A stretch of 64,000 nucleotides of DNA, taken from Schizochytrium sp. TIO01 (lineage: Eukaryota > Protista > Bigyra: Labyrinthulomycetes). Below, in pieces: positions 9,766-24,700 of this stretch. The notes beneath the pieces were generated by a model. It did no database searches. It saw nothing but the letters and a program-made list of their open reading frames with translations, and was not told the origin of the DNA. Positions within the stretch are counted from its first letter, which is position 1, and each line of letters opens with the position of its first letter. A program made the translations under genes and the position numbers. The stretch is from positions 744,001 to 808,000 of the forward strand of contig SMSO01000036.1 of assembly GCA_004764695.1 (NCBI GenBank). Direction: 5' to 3'.

Positions 9766-12700
9766 ATGGCTCGCGGTAAATCTGTTCCTGTTGGCGGTGT
9801 TTCTGCTGACGCCAAAAATAAGGACCCCATCGCAATTGTGCATGCCTCGTTGGGGAATTTGGGTAGTTTTGAGGATGGTCTCGAGGCACTCATGCGCAGC
9901 GCTACCACACAGCTTGCTGAGGATATTATCAATGGCAACAAGACAAAACTAAACAAGAACAAGAACAAGAGCAAGAAGAACCTCGACAATTCTAGTGACT
10001 CATATGTCGTCTCTTTGGAGTCACGTGTGGTCGCGGTTGTGGCAGGTCTGGCAGAAGCCTCTCGCGTTAACGACGCATGTCTTGAGATGGCTCTTGACGT
10101 AGTTGGATGCTCCGGTGCCTTTGCAGGCGTTGATTTCCTTGAAGCAGCCTCAACAGATGCTGATCTCATTGCTGTCTGCAGAGCGTGCGAGTTGCTCTTT
10201 ACGAGCTCAGCTGGTGCCTCCGTTGTGGCCTCTAGGTCATGGCACTCTCTCTACGCGTTATGCATGCACTCCAGCGCTATTGTGCGCGCCCACGCCAGCA
10301 GAGCTGTGCGAGAGCTTCTAGGGCTTCCTCCCAGCGCTGTTCTCGCCAGCGCCGCAGTCTCTAAGGACTTTAAGACATCCAAAAAGACAAAGGAGTCTGC
10401 ATCTGCACAGATCCCTGAATCAGCTGCTGCTCGAGACACTGCAGCTCTTCTTAGACCTCCCGTGCGTCTCCATAATGGTGCCGGAGAAGACATCGAAGAC
10501 GATAATACAAAAAACAACCAAAGCAGTGTTTTGGAGGCCATCGAAAAACACTGGGCTCGTGGAGGGAATTCCAAGGCTGTTCGGTCTGCGACAACAGAGC
10601 GTAATCTTCGCGCTGCTTTGGTAGCTGTTCGTAATGGCGCCCCTGTGCTTCTCGAGGGTCGCAGCGGTGCGGGCAAGTCGCTCCTGGTGCATGAATTGGC
10701 TCGGATGCATGGCAAGGAGCGCACTCTCGTAGAGCTACAGCTCGACGACCAAATGGATAGTAAGACGCTCTTGGGCACCTACGTCTGCACAGATGTTCCT
10801 GGTGAGTTCAGATGGCAACCTGGAGCGCTGACCCAGGCTGTGACAAGCGGCTGCTGGGTCTTCATTGAAGACATTGACCGAGCACCCTTTGAGGTGCTGG
10901 CAGCACTCATTCCCCTGTTCGAGTCCAGGCAACTCTTGCTCCCAAACAGAGATCAAGTCATCTCGGCAGGACCTGGGTTTCAGCTTCTCGCCACACGCAG
11001 AACGGCACTCAGAGGACCGCCGCTGCTGGAACGTCTCTGGACTTCTGTGCATGTACAACCTCTGCCTCCACAGGAACTCCTCGCGGTCGTCAAGCATCTT
11101 TATAAGGATATGAGTGCATCGTTGCTTGCCCTCATACTCAGGACTTTTCAGTGCATCGTGAGAGCCGCAAGCACTCCGTCGCGCAGGCCTAAACTGGTCG
11201 CAGATGAAGCACATGCAAATGGCGAAAAAACAGCCAAATCCACACGAAACTCTGGCGACAAAACGACAAACGTAAGTGACGACGACTCGAGAATGGACCT
11301 CGAAGAAGAGGACGAGCAGCAGGACGATGACCTGCCAGCGCTTCCGATTGACCCCAAGCGAGTGATCCCTGGAAGAACCATGTCGGAACGTGATCTCTTC
11401 AAGTGGCTGCGACGCATTGGCACTCTCGTGCAGCTCTCCGCTCGAGAGCGAAAGAACAATGGAGGGATCTTTCTTACAGAGCAGGAACGCGAGGATATCC
11501 TAATGGAAGCAATGGATTGCTTTGTCGCCGCTGTACCGAGCTTCGAGGCACGCATTGCCATGGCTCAGTGGCTAGCTCAGGTCTGGCACCTCCCTGAAGA
11601 GCGCCTTGTGCATCGCGTTCGTGCTCACAAACCCGAAGTTGCTCCAAGAAGTCGTTCTAACCCCTCTCTACGCGTGGGACGTGCACGACTTCGCATGTCA
11701 CCCAGCGAAGACGCACCTGCTCCGAGTCGCGTGGCTGCGACGGGAGTTAGTATGCGACTTCTCGAGCAGATCGCTTGCAGCGTTAAAATGAACGAGCCTG
11801 TGCTACTCGTAGGAGAAACTGGTGCCGGAAAAACTTCCATGGTCCAACATCTCGCACGACTTCTTGGTAAAAAACTTGTCGTCCAAAATATGCATGTGCA
11901 AAGCGACACCACCGAACTCCTCGGTGGCTTCAAACCGGTGCAACTCCGCCATGTGGCCCTACCCTTATACGCCCATTTTGTAGATCTCTTCTGCAAAACC
12001 TTCTCGGAGAGCGCCAATCAACGCTTTCTCAGCGCTGTAGAAGAAGGAGTAGCCAAAGCAAACTGGAAAAAACTTAGCAAAGCATGTGCTGCAGCCTGTA
12101 AAATGGCAGATGCCAAATTTATTAAACTGCTCAAAGCTTGGGAAGCAAAGGAAAACCCTCGCAAGCGTAGGCGTAAGGGAACACCATCTAAGAAGGATGG
12201 GCAAGATGAAAATGAAGACGGCGAAGAGGAAGAAGAGCCCGAAATGGACAAACGCGAAATTGCAGAACGCGAGGCAGCGTGGGAGGTATTTCGTGTTGAG
12301 GCTGATCGCTTCGAGCGCCAGCGAAAACGTGTCGAAAACAGCTTTGCTTTCTCCTTTGAGGAAGGTGCTCTTGTCAAAGCCATCCGTGCTGGAGACTGGG
12401 TTTTGTTGGATGAGATCAATCTTGCTAGTGGCGAAACACTTGAGCGCCTTAGTGCTCTACTTGATGATGAAGAAGGTACTCTTTCTCTCACAGAACGTGG
12501 TGATTTAGAACGAGTGAAACGTCACCCCGATTTTCGTCTCTTTGCGGCCATGAACCCGGCGACGGATGTTGGCAAGCGTGATCTTCCACCTGCGCTTCGG
12601 AGCCGATTCACAGAGCTGTATGTAGATGAAGTGGAGGATGTTGCTGATTTGCAACTAGTAGTCGGGCTCTACCTTAGTGATATCCCAAATCCTCCTGTCC

Positions 12701-15700
12701 AGGATATTGTCGATCTCTATCTTATGGCAAGGAAACGCGCAAATGAACAAACACTTCTCGATGGAGCCAATCAGCCGCCGCGGTACAGCTTACGAACACT
12801 TTGTCGTGCTCTTATCACGGCTCGAGTTCTCCTTACTAAGGGTTTTGGCCTTCCGCGCGCCCTTTACGAAAGCTTCATCATGACATTTGCCACGTTACTT
12901 AATGAGAAGTCTCTCAAGGTTATGTCCAAACTTCTTAAGAAAACATTTGTATCCGAAATGAGCTCCAAAGCTCTGGAAAGTGCCCCACGCTGCCCAGGAA
13001 CAAGGAGTACACGTGACAGCTATATCCTCTGTGACAAGTTCTGGCTGCAAAAAGGTCCTCGGCTTCTGCGAAACATTCTTGACGCCATGCCTGAGTCTGG
13101 TCCTGCAGCTGAGGCTGCCAAACTCGAGGCCGCTATTGAAGACCGTGCCGCCCAGTCGTTGCTTGATGCATTTGTAGAGACCCCGACGGTTCTCCACAAC
13201 ATCCAGGCTCTTGCCAGAGCCATTGCGGCACAGAAGTACCCTGTCCTTTTGCAAGGTCCGACCAGTAGCGGTAAGACAACAATGGTTTCCTACCTCGCCG
13301 CAAAGGCTGGTTACAAATGTGTTCGTATCAACAACCATGAGCACACTGATCTACAAGAGTATATGGGTTCTTATGTCAGCGATGAACGCGGCAATTTGGT
13401 GTTTCGTGAAGGCGCTCTTGTGGAAGCCGTTCGCAAAGGATACTGGATCGTACTTGATGAGCTTAACTTAGCACCTTCAGAGGTTCTCGAGGCTTTGAAC
13501 CGTCTTCTCGATGACAATCGCGAAGTCTTCATCCCAGAAACCCAAGAAGTTGTCAAACCGCATCCGAACTTTATGCTCTTTGCAACCCAAAACCCTCCTG
13601 GACTCTACGGTGGTCGTAAAATGCTTTCTCGTGCATTTCGGAATCGCTTCCTTGAACTTCACGTTGGTGAAATTCCTACATCTGAGCTTGAGACAATTCT
13701 CAACAAGCGGTGTGCACTTGCTCCGTCCTTTTGTAAGGTCCTCGTAAACGTCATGACTGATTTGCAAATGCATCGTCAACAGAGTAAGCTTTTTGCAGGC
13801 AAAGAAGGCTTTATTACCCCACGTGACCTTTTGCGTTGGGCGAATCGCAACCCAGCATCATACGAAGAGCTGGCCGTCGAGGGATTTCGGCTTCTTGGTG
13901 ACCGCGTCCGTACAGATGCCGACAAGCTTGTTGTGCAAGCTGTTATTGAAAAGCATTGCAAGACTAAACTTACTGATGACCTTTTGTATCCTGTAATTGG
14001 GACTAACTTTGAGGCATGCCAAAGTGATCGTGCCAAAGAGGAGGGTGTTAGCAAAGTGGTCCCGACACGAGCCATGCGTCGTACCTATGCCCTTGTTCGG
14101 CGATGCCTTCAAGTGAAGGAGCCTGCACTTTTGATTGGTGAAACTGGCTGTGGTAAGACAACCGTATGTCAGATGTTAGCAATCGAAGCTAATCAGTTGC
14201 TTCAGATTCTCAACTGTCACCAAAATACCGATACTGCCGATATTCTTGGTAGTTTGCGACCTATGCGGAACAAAAACCAGCTCCAGAACAAAGCTTGGGA
14301 GTTGGCAGCGCAATTCAATTGGACAGTGCAGTCGTGTACAAGTCTTGATGACTTGGAGTCTAGGGCAACTGCAAAGATTGCCTCCCTGAAAGCTACTGTA
14401 GCTTCCGAGGCCATGAAAGATGCCACGGAGGAAGAGGATGCGAACTCTGAAATCCAGGATGCTAGCCTAGAACCATTGCAAGAAATTGTTGCCCTCGTCC
14501 GCCGTTATCGTGCTCTCTTTGAGTGGCAAGATGGCCCTCTAGTAGCATCTATGCGTGATGGTGATATGTTTTTGCTTGATGAGCTGTCCCTGGCTGAAGA
14601 TGCAGTTTTAGAGCGTCTCAATAGTGTTTTGGAGCCTTCTCGCACACTCTTCCTTGCTGAGCGCGGTGGAGACCAAGTTGAAGAAATTGTGGCAAATGCA
14701 AGCTTCCGGATTCTGGCCACCATGAACCCTGGCGGCGATTATGGAAAACGGGAGCTTTCACCTGCTCTCCGTAATCGCTTTACTGAAATCTGGATTCCAC
14801 CCGTTCATGACGAGTCTGATCTTCGCCTTATTCTTACCCAGCACCTCGGCGTTATTGCAGAAAATTCTCAGCAATCTGGATTAGCAGCAGCTCTTGCCTC
14901 GTTTTATACATGGTTTAACGGTCCCGCTCAAAATAATCATGCTTTGATTCAACTCACTTTGCGTGATCTTATTTCATGGGCTGCGTTTATGGTACACATT
15001 GCTCGCACAACTTACATCGAGCCATGGATCGCTTTTTTGCATGGTGCTGGTCTGGTTTTACTGGATGGTCTTGGTCTTGGTTCTGGTATCTCTGAGGAGA
15101 GCTGCCGTAGCCTCCGACTTCGCGCTTGTTCCTTTCTCCTCGATTCAGTTCCTCGCGAAACCCAAATGCTGGTGGAACGCGGGGACGATTTGCTGTTGCG
15201 AAACTTTCATTCCTCCAATAAGGATTCGGTCAAGGTGAAGGAAGAAGAAGTAGAAGTTAAAGAAGACTCCGAAATGCAAGATACAGGGACACGAGTGATT
15301 GAGGAGGGCGATGCTGAAAACAAGTTTGGTATGCACCCCTTCTATATCTCGATGGGCCCTGTGCAGGAACGAAATGCATCCTATGCTCTCGACGCTCCTA
15401 CCACTTCAGAAAATTTGGCTCGCGTTTTGCGCGCCATGCAATTAGAGCGCCCAATTCTTCTTGAAGGTAGCCCTGGAGTTGGTAAAACAAGTTTGATTGC
15501 ATCTTTGGCGAAGCGCTCTGGCCATCGCCTTGTGCGTATCAACTTGTCGGAACAGACTGACTTTGCTGACCTCATTGGTTCTGATATCCCCGCAGCTAGT
15601 ACACCTACAGAGGGAGATGGTATCACTGAAAAGGCGACTTCTGGCGCAAAGTTTACCTGGAGCGATGGTGTCTTCTTAGCCGCGCTTAAAGCCGGGGACT

Positions 15701-18700
15701 GGGTTCTTCTTGACGAATTGAACTTAGCTTCGCAGTCTGTTCTTGAAGGCCTGAACGCCTGTCTTGATCATCGTGGTACAGTGTATGTCCCGGAGCTTAA
15801 CCAGTCGTTTCATTGTCCTCCGTCTTTCCGTGTTTTTGCAGCCCAAAATCCTGTCCAACAAGGTGGTGGTCGTAAAGGTTTACCCAAGAGTTTCTTGAAC
15901 CGCTTCACCAAGGTCTTTGTGGAACAACTCACAGATACCGATTACCACTATATTGTGTCCCAAATGTACCCAGCGATGAGCGAGGATCTCATTCAGCGTC
16001 TTGTTGCTTTTAACGGTGCTATTGTACGCGATACTGTCACAACTTTGCGTTATGCACGAAATGGAGCTCCTTGGGAATTTAACTTGCGGGATATCTTCCG
16101 TCTTTGTGAACTGTGCACTGGCGCAGAAGATATGGAGGCTGCAATTATTCGTCACGTGGGTATGATCTATTTTGATCGCCTCCGCACCGAAGAGGATCGT
16201 GACAAGATGCGCGCAGCATTTGCTGAAAACTTTGGAAAACCTTGGGTCCCTCGCCGCATTGAATTGCGATCGTCCATGGGAATGTTGAGTGTAGGTGCTG
16301 CTGCTGTAGAACGTTCCATTTTTGCCAGCAACGAACGATCATCTTGTGATGAAGCAGAGACCCCTCAAGGATTTCTTCCTCGTACTACACTCCCAGCTCT
16401 CGAACACATTGCCCACTGTGTTGTGAAACAATGGCCTGTTTTGCTCCTAGGTGCAAGCGGAACTGGTAAGACATCAATTCTTCGTTCTTTTGCTCAGTTG
16501 TGTGGTCGCCGTCTGCACGAGTTTGCGGTGACTAGCTCTACGGATTCGACTGAACTCCTTGGCTGTTTTGAGCAAGTGGATTTAGATCGTAAGGTTCGTG
16601 AGTTACGGTCCAGCCTCATGACGTTGTGTTGCACCGTCCTTCGCCAGATATTTATGCTTGGGGATTCCACAGAAAGCAGCAAGACACTGGAATGTGCCAG
16701 GGCTCTCGAGGAGCATCGCCATATTCTTCTCCATGGACCAACTCCTCTTCCACGTCCTATGCTCGAAGCCGTTTTTACTGATCTTTGCAAGATTCTTGGT
16801 CCTAAAAACCCACACCATTTGCATGAATCGCAGTTAGAATACTTTCAATCTGAGTTGCAACGCTTGCAGCGAGAGTGGGCAGCAGAATTGGACGCATCTA
16901 CATCAGGTGCGCTCTTGGGAGCTTTTGAGTGGGTAGACGGAACCTTGGTACGTGCTATGGAGCGTGGTGACTGGGTAGTCTTGAACAATGCTAATTTATG
17001 CAACCCGACTGTTCTTGATCGATTAAATCCTGTGCTTGAGATGGGAGGTGAACTCATGATTAATGAGTGCGGCATGGTTAACGGTAAGCCCCGAATCATT
17101 CGTCCGCATAAGGACTTCCGGATCTTCTTGGTCGCTGACCCTTCATTTGGAGAGGTTTCGCGTGCGATGCGAAACCGCTGTGTTGAGATTTCACTACTTT
17201 CTCCATCGTGGTCGTCTGTTGTAGATGCTGGAGATGCCGCACGTGTGCTCGCGCAGTTGGGAATGTCACCACTAGTAACAGACAAAATGATTCGTACATT
17301 CTCTCTTCTTGCTGGCAGAGAAGAACGCATAGCAAAAGAAACTGCATGCCCTGGGCACCTTGTGCGCTGGGCAAAAATGTTTCGTACCTTTGATAGCTTT
17401 TCAGTATGTGGAGCTGGAAATGTCAGTGCAGCCTTGGCACAAAGTTTTACGGCATGTTTTGATATGGAGATGCCATCGGAGTCTTTGAACCCCACAGGAA
17501 CTGCAGATGCCGAGGCTGGAGTTCTTTCCGATTCTTCCAGAGCTCAGCTAGTGCTTGACACAGCTCGATTTCCATGGGCATGTGCACCTGTTCTTGGTGA
17601 TGGTGATGCAAGACTACTTCACGTCCTTCAAACAGGCGCTGCCTTGGCTCTTCTAGATATGAGTGAAGGTGATATGAATTCGAGCTCAATTCGAGCAGCT
17701 GTATCCCACTTTATTCACGCTGCCACAGAGTCAGACTGGTCACTGCGGGCAGCCTTTGCTATTGACCTTGGAAATGAAAATCTCGCCAATCTGACTGCTT
17801 TTATTCAACAGAAGTGGGAGTTGATGAGAAGTAATGATTCACCTCCTGTCTCTCGTAAGATGCTCCAAGAACAGCTTATAGATGAGGCTTTGGTGGACGA
17901 TACCATGCGATTCTGTGGCCATCTTGTCAACATTGCTTTCTCAATGTGGATTGATCTTTTTCTGGAGGATAACCGCGTACCCAAACCTCAGAGTCAGGCC
18001 AATGGTAACACAAGCGATTCGCGCGCCAACACTTTCTATGATGCAATTGTGTTGTGCGCACGAGGTGAATTATCGAAGTCTGAAATTCGAGTTCCTGGTG
18101 CAGCTATCCTTCCTGTCCTGTTGATGGCCTTGACGAAGTTTGTCGAGATTGTCGCAAAGGTGTTACTGAAAAATTGCCAGTATGTCGAACTAGAGACTCG
18201 CAATGTTGTCGTCAAACTCCTGCGTAATCTCATCACTATTCGAACAAACATGGTGCGTATCATGTTAGATGTAGGTATTCGTTTTAGTTCAAAGGACGTT
18301 CCTCAGCTTCATCTTGCAATGAGCAAGGTTTCGCTCGAAGCACGTGCTGCTGCGAAGTCATGTGGCCAAATTTGCAAAGCTTTATCTGCTCAAGGCGAGC
18401 TTCAAATTGCTGTGCAAGATCTTCGTCATGCTTTTAAACGTGTAGATAAGGCTCTTGGTGCTCACAGTAGTCAATGTGCACTTGCATTTTCAGCTTCCCA
18501 AAGCGTTTCTGATGAAAGCAGCAACAGTGCGACACTTGTTGTTGCTGAGCGAGATGCTCAAGTTGCTCGCAAGCTTTGGAAACAGTGTGGTCAGCCTCGC
18601 CCTATGCGATCAAAGCCACTTTTTGAAGCACTGTATCGTGCTCTTATGCTGTCTAAGCAAACCTGGCTTCTTTCTGGCACCAGTTTCCGAAGTGCGCTCG

Positions 18701-21700
18701 AAGCAGGCCACTTGTCTTTGATAGTCAATGATGAACATCGGCAAATGCTTATTGATGCTGCCTGTGCGTTACGCTGGGCAAATGCACAACGGAGCGATTC
18801 TGATGCAACAATGGAAGAGACTGCAAACGCTGTCGAGCAAATCATTCGTCGGATCGATGAGGTAGCTGTAGCCAAGCAGACGTTGATTCAGAGTGCAAAT
18901 ACCGAGTACCGTATGCTTGGAGCTGTTGACCAGTGGCCTGTTATGTCTAACGATCAACTTTGTAAACTAGCTGACCCAGAGGCAAATAAGGCACTCCGTG
19001 GCCAAGCCCCTGAAGCAAGTCTTCATTGGGGTCTTGTGCAGTTGCAGCCTCTTATGGATTTGTGGGCATGTAAAGCACTCTTGCGGGTAATCGTTCAAGC
19101 CTATGCAAACCCTGAATCTTCTGCAAACCCCGCCATCATCGAGGAGATGGTGAGTTATGTGTCAGAGGTTTCTTCTATCCCTCCACACATCCTTGTACCA
19201 TTCAAGGAGCTGGCTCTTCGTAAGGAAGCCAAAGCAGATTGCAGTAATCTGGAGCTTGACCTTATGCACAGTTTCTATGAAGCTGTATGGTCAGGAATGT
19301 TTAACGAACGAGAGGGTGTCGATGCTGATGCAAGTGCACACATTCGTGAGGATTTGGCTAAGTTCATCGTCAAGAACAAGAATTTTGGCCCACTTGTGGA
19401 AGTCGATACCTTCTCCGACGGGCTTGGCGCAGGTTTACCTCGTCTTTTTCAAGATCTCGTTAGTGTTGTGGTATTTCGTGTTGTGCGTGGTAGCGGTGTT
19501 GGTTTGGATAGCAATCAACCGCGTGATCGAGCAACTAAGCCGTTTGGTGAAACCATCTCTATTCGCGATCGGAGTATGCGTTTGGCACAACTTCAGGTTC
19601 TTTTGTCTCATCTTGTTCATGACTCAAGGAAAAACTTGGTTGGCGATCTAGACGCGTCGACTGTAGTAGAAGATGATCGTCAACTGTTTTGGTACCATTT
19701 GGAGACAACACTTCATAGTGTTTGTAACACAAGTGAAGAAGTACACTCTGTTCTTCGGATGCACTTGATGAATCCGGAGAAGATGGACAGAGTTACAGTA
19801 GAGCACTTTCAAAATGCTTTGCAATTGATTGACGCTAAGCTTGCCAAGTTTGAATCCCCTCTCATTGATCGAACTTTGCGGCAACTCATGCGCACTTTTG
19901 AAAATGCTATTGATCGCACGAATCTTGCAATGAGTTGGACTCTTCTTGCTCTGTTTCGCCTTCACATGCTTGCTCCGGCTTCCGCGGTTGACCCCTGTCT
20001 TAAGCCTCAAGTGCGTCTTCTGCGTGCATCCGGTACTTGTGAGGAGATCAAGGCAGAATTAATGGTTCGCGAGCAAAATGACTCTATCACTGGCCGTGCA
20101 TTCGGCCCGCTTGCACATGTACACGAGGGTTTGATCGAGCAGCGAGAGAAGCTTACGGAAGAAATCGCCGAGCTACGCGAGCGCGTGGTGTATCGTCCCA
20201 TGGTTGGTGACGCTGGTTTTTCATCTCTCTATTCTGCTGTGGCTGAATTCAATTCGTCAATTGGTGCTGTACAGCGGGTGCTTGATGTCACCCAGGCTAT
20301 TCAATCACGTCTTCACGACGCTGACACCCAAGAAGAGATGATCCTTGAGGCATGTAGACAACTTTGCATGTCCCTGGAACGGGACTACCAAGGATTTGAG
20401 GATGTAGTACGTCCTGTACAAGTTTCTCTTCGCCAGCTTCAACATGGTCTTCGCTCCTTGGGCTACGAATCACGTCGTAACTTAGAGTCTTCGCAGCGCA
20501 CTGAAAGTCTTTCAGAGGTGCGTCGTATTCTTGGAGCATTTCCATCGACTTTGGTGGATGCCTCTCATACTCGCACAAGAGATCCGCTTGTGGCGCTTGA
20601 ATCGACTTTGCATAGTCGTAACCTTGTGAATCGACGCACTTGGACTCGAATGCTAGAGGCTGTATTCGCTCGAACCGCTTGCTTGATGACCCAATTGTCT
20701 GGTGAGAAGCGTTCTGAGGAAGCATGGGGCCTTGTTTCCCGAATCTTGTCTTCATTTGCCGATGAGTATCTTACTGAGAAGGTCGAACGCAAGAAGCGAG
20801 AAGAGGAGGAGAATCTGAGTTTCCGGTTCAAAACTCGTGAACATTTAGCTGCGGGCACCCCAGAGGCAATTCAGGCTCAAGAAGAGGCTTCTTTTCGTGA
20901 AATGTTCCCTGATTTTCACGAGGAATTTGACCAAGTGGCTAAACAGGTTCTTGCCGATCTTGATGAATTTGCAATTGATGATGAAGATGACAGGCAACAA
21001 AAGATGGACGATGAGGACGAGGATGATGCTGATGGCGAGACTGGAGAGGCTGGGGATCGCCTAGAGGGTCTTGAACGTAGGAGTTATGTTGTTATTGTTG
21101 AAAGAGTACTTTCACTGCTAAGTGACGCAAGCAAACGCGTTGGTGTTTCCAAAATTAACCTTCAAGACTTCTTCGGTCCAGCATACCATGCAGCAGGTAT
21201 TTTTGCCGACCCCTTAGAGCTTCAAGTCGGCGCACCTCCCGGTGGTCTCCTTGGTGCACATCTTTTGGCTTTGGGATTGGGAGCAAGCGATTGTCAGCGA
21301 CGCAGCAAGCTGGTGCCTTTGGCCAATGAACCTCAGGATGTAACTGTGGACCTGGGAGAAGTTGTCCCTGTGAAGAAGAATCTTAACCAGGATAGCTTTG
21401 TTGAGGAGGTTGCACTTCTTGAAATACCGCTAATCCAACTGTCAACCAAGCTTGACGAGCTTTTGGCAATGTGGCCAGACAACGCTCCATTGCTGCAGCT
21501 TGCAAAGCTGACGATGCGTCTGCGTGAGCTTCCTCTGACCTGCCCTCTCATGCGAGCGCTTGTTGGTATTGAGACTCTCTTACGAGTTGCAAATGACTGG
21601 GAGATGGTTGCACACAAGGACGTAAGCATCAGAGCTTTCACCGCTCCTTTTGTGAGACTGGTGGTGCGTTGGCGGAAATTGGAATTGCGTTCATGGCCAT

Positions 21701-24700
21701 TTTTGCTGGAAGACCGTGCCCGCTCTGCAAAGGATGAGGCTAAACTATGGTTTTATGATACATTTGCCTTGGTAAATGGTGACCTTGAGGACGCTGACGC
21801 AGCGGACGGGCTGTTTAAAACTATGGATCAGTTCGCTCGTACTGGAACACTAGGTTGCTTTGAAACACGCCTTGAGCTTGTACGTGCTCTTGGTGAGCTT
21901 CTTCAGCGCAAGCGCATCTCGAGCGAAGAGGGCAGCAACAATGGTGAGAGCACCGAACTCGAGAACCAGTTCTGGCATCTGCAAAAGTACTACGCACAGT
22001 GGGTAGCCGATATTCGCGCTACTGCGGAGCGTCAGCGCGCGCCCATTAAACAAAAATTGCGTGACCAGGTTAAGTTAGCCAAGTGGGATGACCGTAATTA
22101 CTATGCGCTGAAGGAGAGTGCAGAAAAAACACATCGTCTACTTCACAGATTATCAAAGGAAGTCGACGAGATTCTTGAACAGCCCGTTTACAGAACCATT
22201 GAACACGTCCTTGATAGCCGTGTAGGTAAGCGCACGGAGCCTCGGTCTGGTGAGGGTACTGCAACTCTGGTGGAAATGGATGATATTGACACCAGTGCAC
22301 TGCCTGCCGTTGGACTTTCAGTGCGCGGTCAGGCTAAGGGAACTTCGATTGTTCCTGGCATTTCTGAAGTTGCTCCGATGGACACACCTGCAGGCTACGG
22401 ACTGCGACTGCCCAAGCTTCTCACCAAGACTGAGTCGATTTCTCGAAAGGTGATTTGTCAGGCACTCATATCCGATACATGGCGGGAAGGTATAGTTCGT
22501 GCCGCGGACATGAACGAGGCAATCGTGCAACGTATTCAGTCGCTGCGTACTGGAAAGGCACCTCAAAGCGCGAAACAACGCGCAATGGTCGATTTGTTCC
22601 GCGCGCTCCGAGAGGAAGGTTTGGCTCAGGCCCGCGTCGATAATGAAATGCTGTTTTCTAAGGAAGTCGAGAATGGAAGTGGTACAACATTGAAATTGTT
22701 CTCTACGCAGCCGGTCCTGATCGAGGATCTTGAGCGCATCGGAATGTCTGGTTCCGCCTCTGGACTATTTGCTCGTGCCGATCGTGACTTTTACAAAAAT
22801 TTGGCTCAGTTGCAACGTCTTCGTGTAAATATTGTCGCTGGGGCTCTCTCTCCTGACATGCCCCGCATGCAAATGCAACGTGGACTTCGTTTCTGTGAAC
22901 ACATTATGGAAATTATCGTGGATCAACGCGTCAGCTTCGCTGGGCATGTGAAGTCTCGTGTTGATATGCAGAATGCCATGAAGGACTTGGAACGGGTTGC
23001 TAATTGTGAAGCCTCTCTCGGGCAAGAAGGCCAGGTTTTGCAGAGTACTATCTCTGCCTTGCTTTCCACACTGAGCTTCAATGTACTCGAATTAGTGGAG
23101 CTTATGCGTGTGCTGAGCTCGCAACCTAATGCGGATGAGGTGACAATGTATCTTCGTGCGCGGGGCTCGCGTTCTTCGTTAGATAAACTTGGATCTCTGG
23201 ATGCCTTGTGCCGATTTGCGGCAGGTGCTGGCACTAGCGATTTGATGGCAGTGAGTGACAAAATTAAACGTGCTCAAGACCTTGCGGCATCTGGACTTGG
23301 TGCTAAGTACTTAACCAGCAGTGAGATCGAACATTTGAAGGAGCTTCCCGAGTTTCTGCGTGATATTCAATCTTCTTGTGGATCCATGACCCAGTCAATG
23401 CACAAAGCAGGCATGCCAGAGGAAGTTTTTGCTGAGTTCTCCGCAAACGTTTTAGATCTTGTTGATCTTGGTGAAAACTTCAGCGGAGCAGTCGCAACAG
23501 CACTTTTGTGCGAGCAAGAGACTAGCGACGCATCCATCTCAAAGCTATCTACTGAACCAGCTCTACGTGCGATTGATGCTGTCATTGAGCTTTCTCTTGT
23601 AATTGTTCAAGATTTGCGTCAGACTATGTTACCTTATACAAACAAGAAGAGCAAGGAAGCACTCAAGGCAGACAGTATTGCCGAGGAGGAAAGCAAAGAG
23701 GATAAGGATAATGAGTCCACGCTTGTGCAACGCCACGAGGAGCAAATTAAATTGCTCAAGAATACCCGTGTTGATAAACTTGCTACCCGTATTGCTGCAG
23801 CTGCAGATGCCTGTGGAATAATCATGTCTTCTGGTTCTCTAGAAGAGGATGCAGCTAAGGGTCTGCGTTCGCTGGTTGCCTTGGTTCATAAATTTGTGAG
23901 CCAGGTTGAAGTGTCAGTGCAAGCCCTTGAAACCCAAAGTGTGGAGTTCCTGGCCCACATGGGGCGCTTTGAATTTCTTCTCTTGCGCGTGTTTCGTAGT
24001 GTTGCCAGCAACGGATTTTGTAAACCTCCAGATGAAGAGGAAGGCGAAGGTGAATCTGCGGAGGCCTTTGGCGAAAGCGAAGGCACTGGTATGGGTGAAG
24101 GCAAGGGCCGTGAAGATGTAACCGACGAAATCGAAGATGAGGAGCAACTTCTTGGTCAAAAGAAGGAGCAAGAAGAAGATCAGAACAAAGAGCAAGAGGA
24201 GCAAAGCGACGAACGTAAGGGCGATGATGGCATGGAGATGGAAAACGAATTTGAAGGAGAAATGTACGACGTTGAAGATCAGGAACAGCAAGATGATGGT
24301 GATGACGACAAGGACGAAGAAGAGGAGCTTGATCGTGAGATGGGCGACCTTGATCGCGAAGACGAACACGTTGTCGACGAAAAGCTTTGGAACGAAGACG
24401 ATGAGGACAGCGAAGGCGAAGGCGAAGAAGACGAACAAGAAAAGTTTGAAAAGGACGCTCCTATGGATGGTGATGACGGCCAAGACGAACTTCGTGCAAA
24501 GGAGGATGATGACGGAAAAGACAAGGACAAGAAGAAGAAACAGCAAGAAGATGACGCAAAGGATGACAAGCCCGACCCTCAGAAGCCTGCCGATGATCAG
24601 GAGGGTGATCAACAGCAAGAAGAGGACGAAAACGAAGGCCAAAACCGCGTCGATGAAGCTGAAAATGTGGAGGATCGCCACATGGACGTTGCTGAAGATG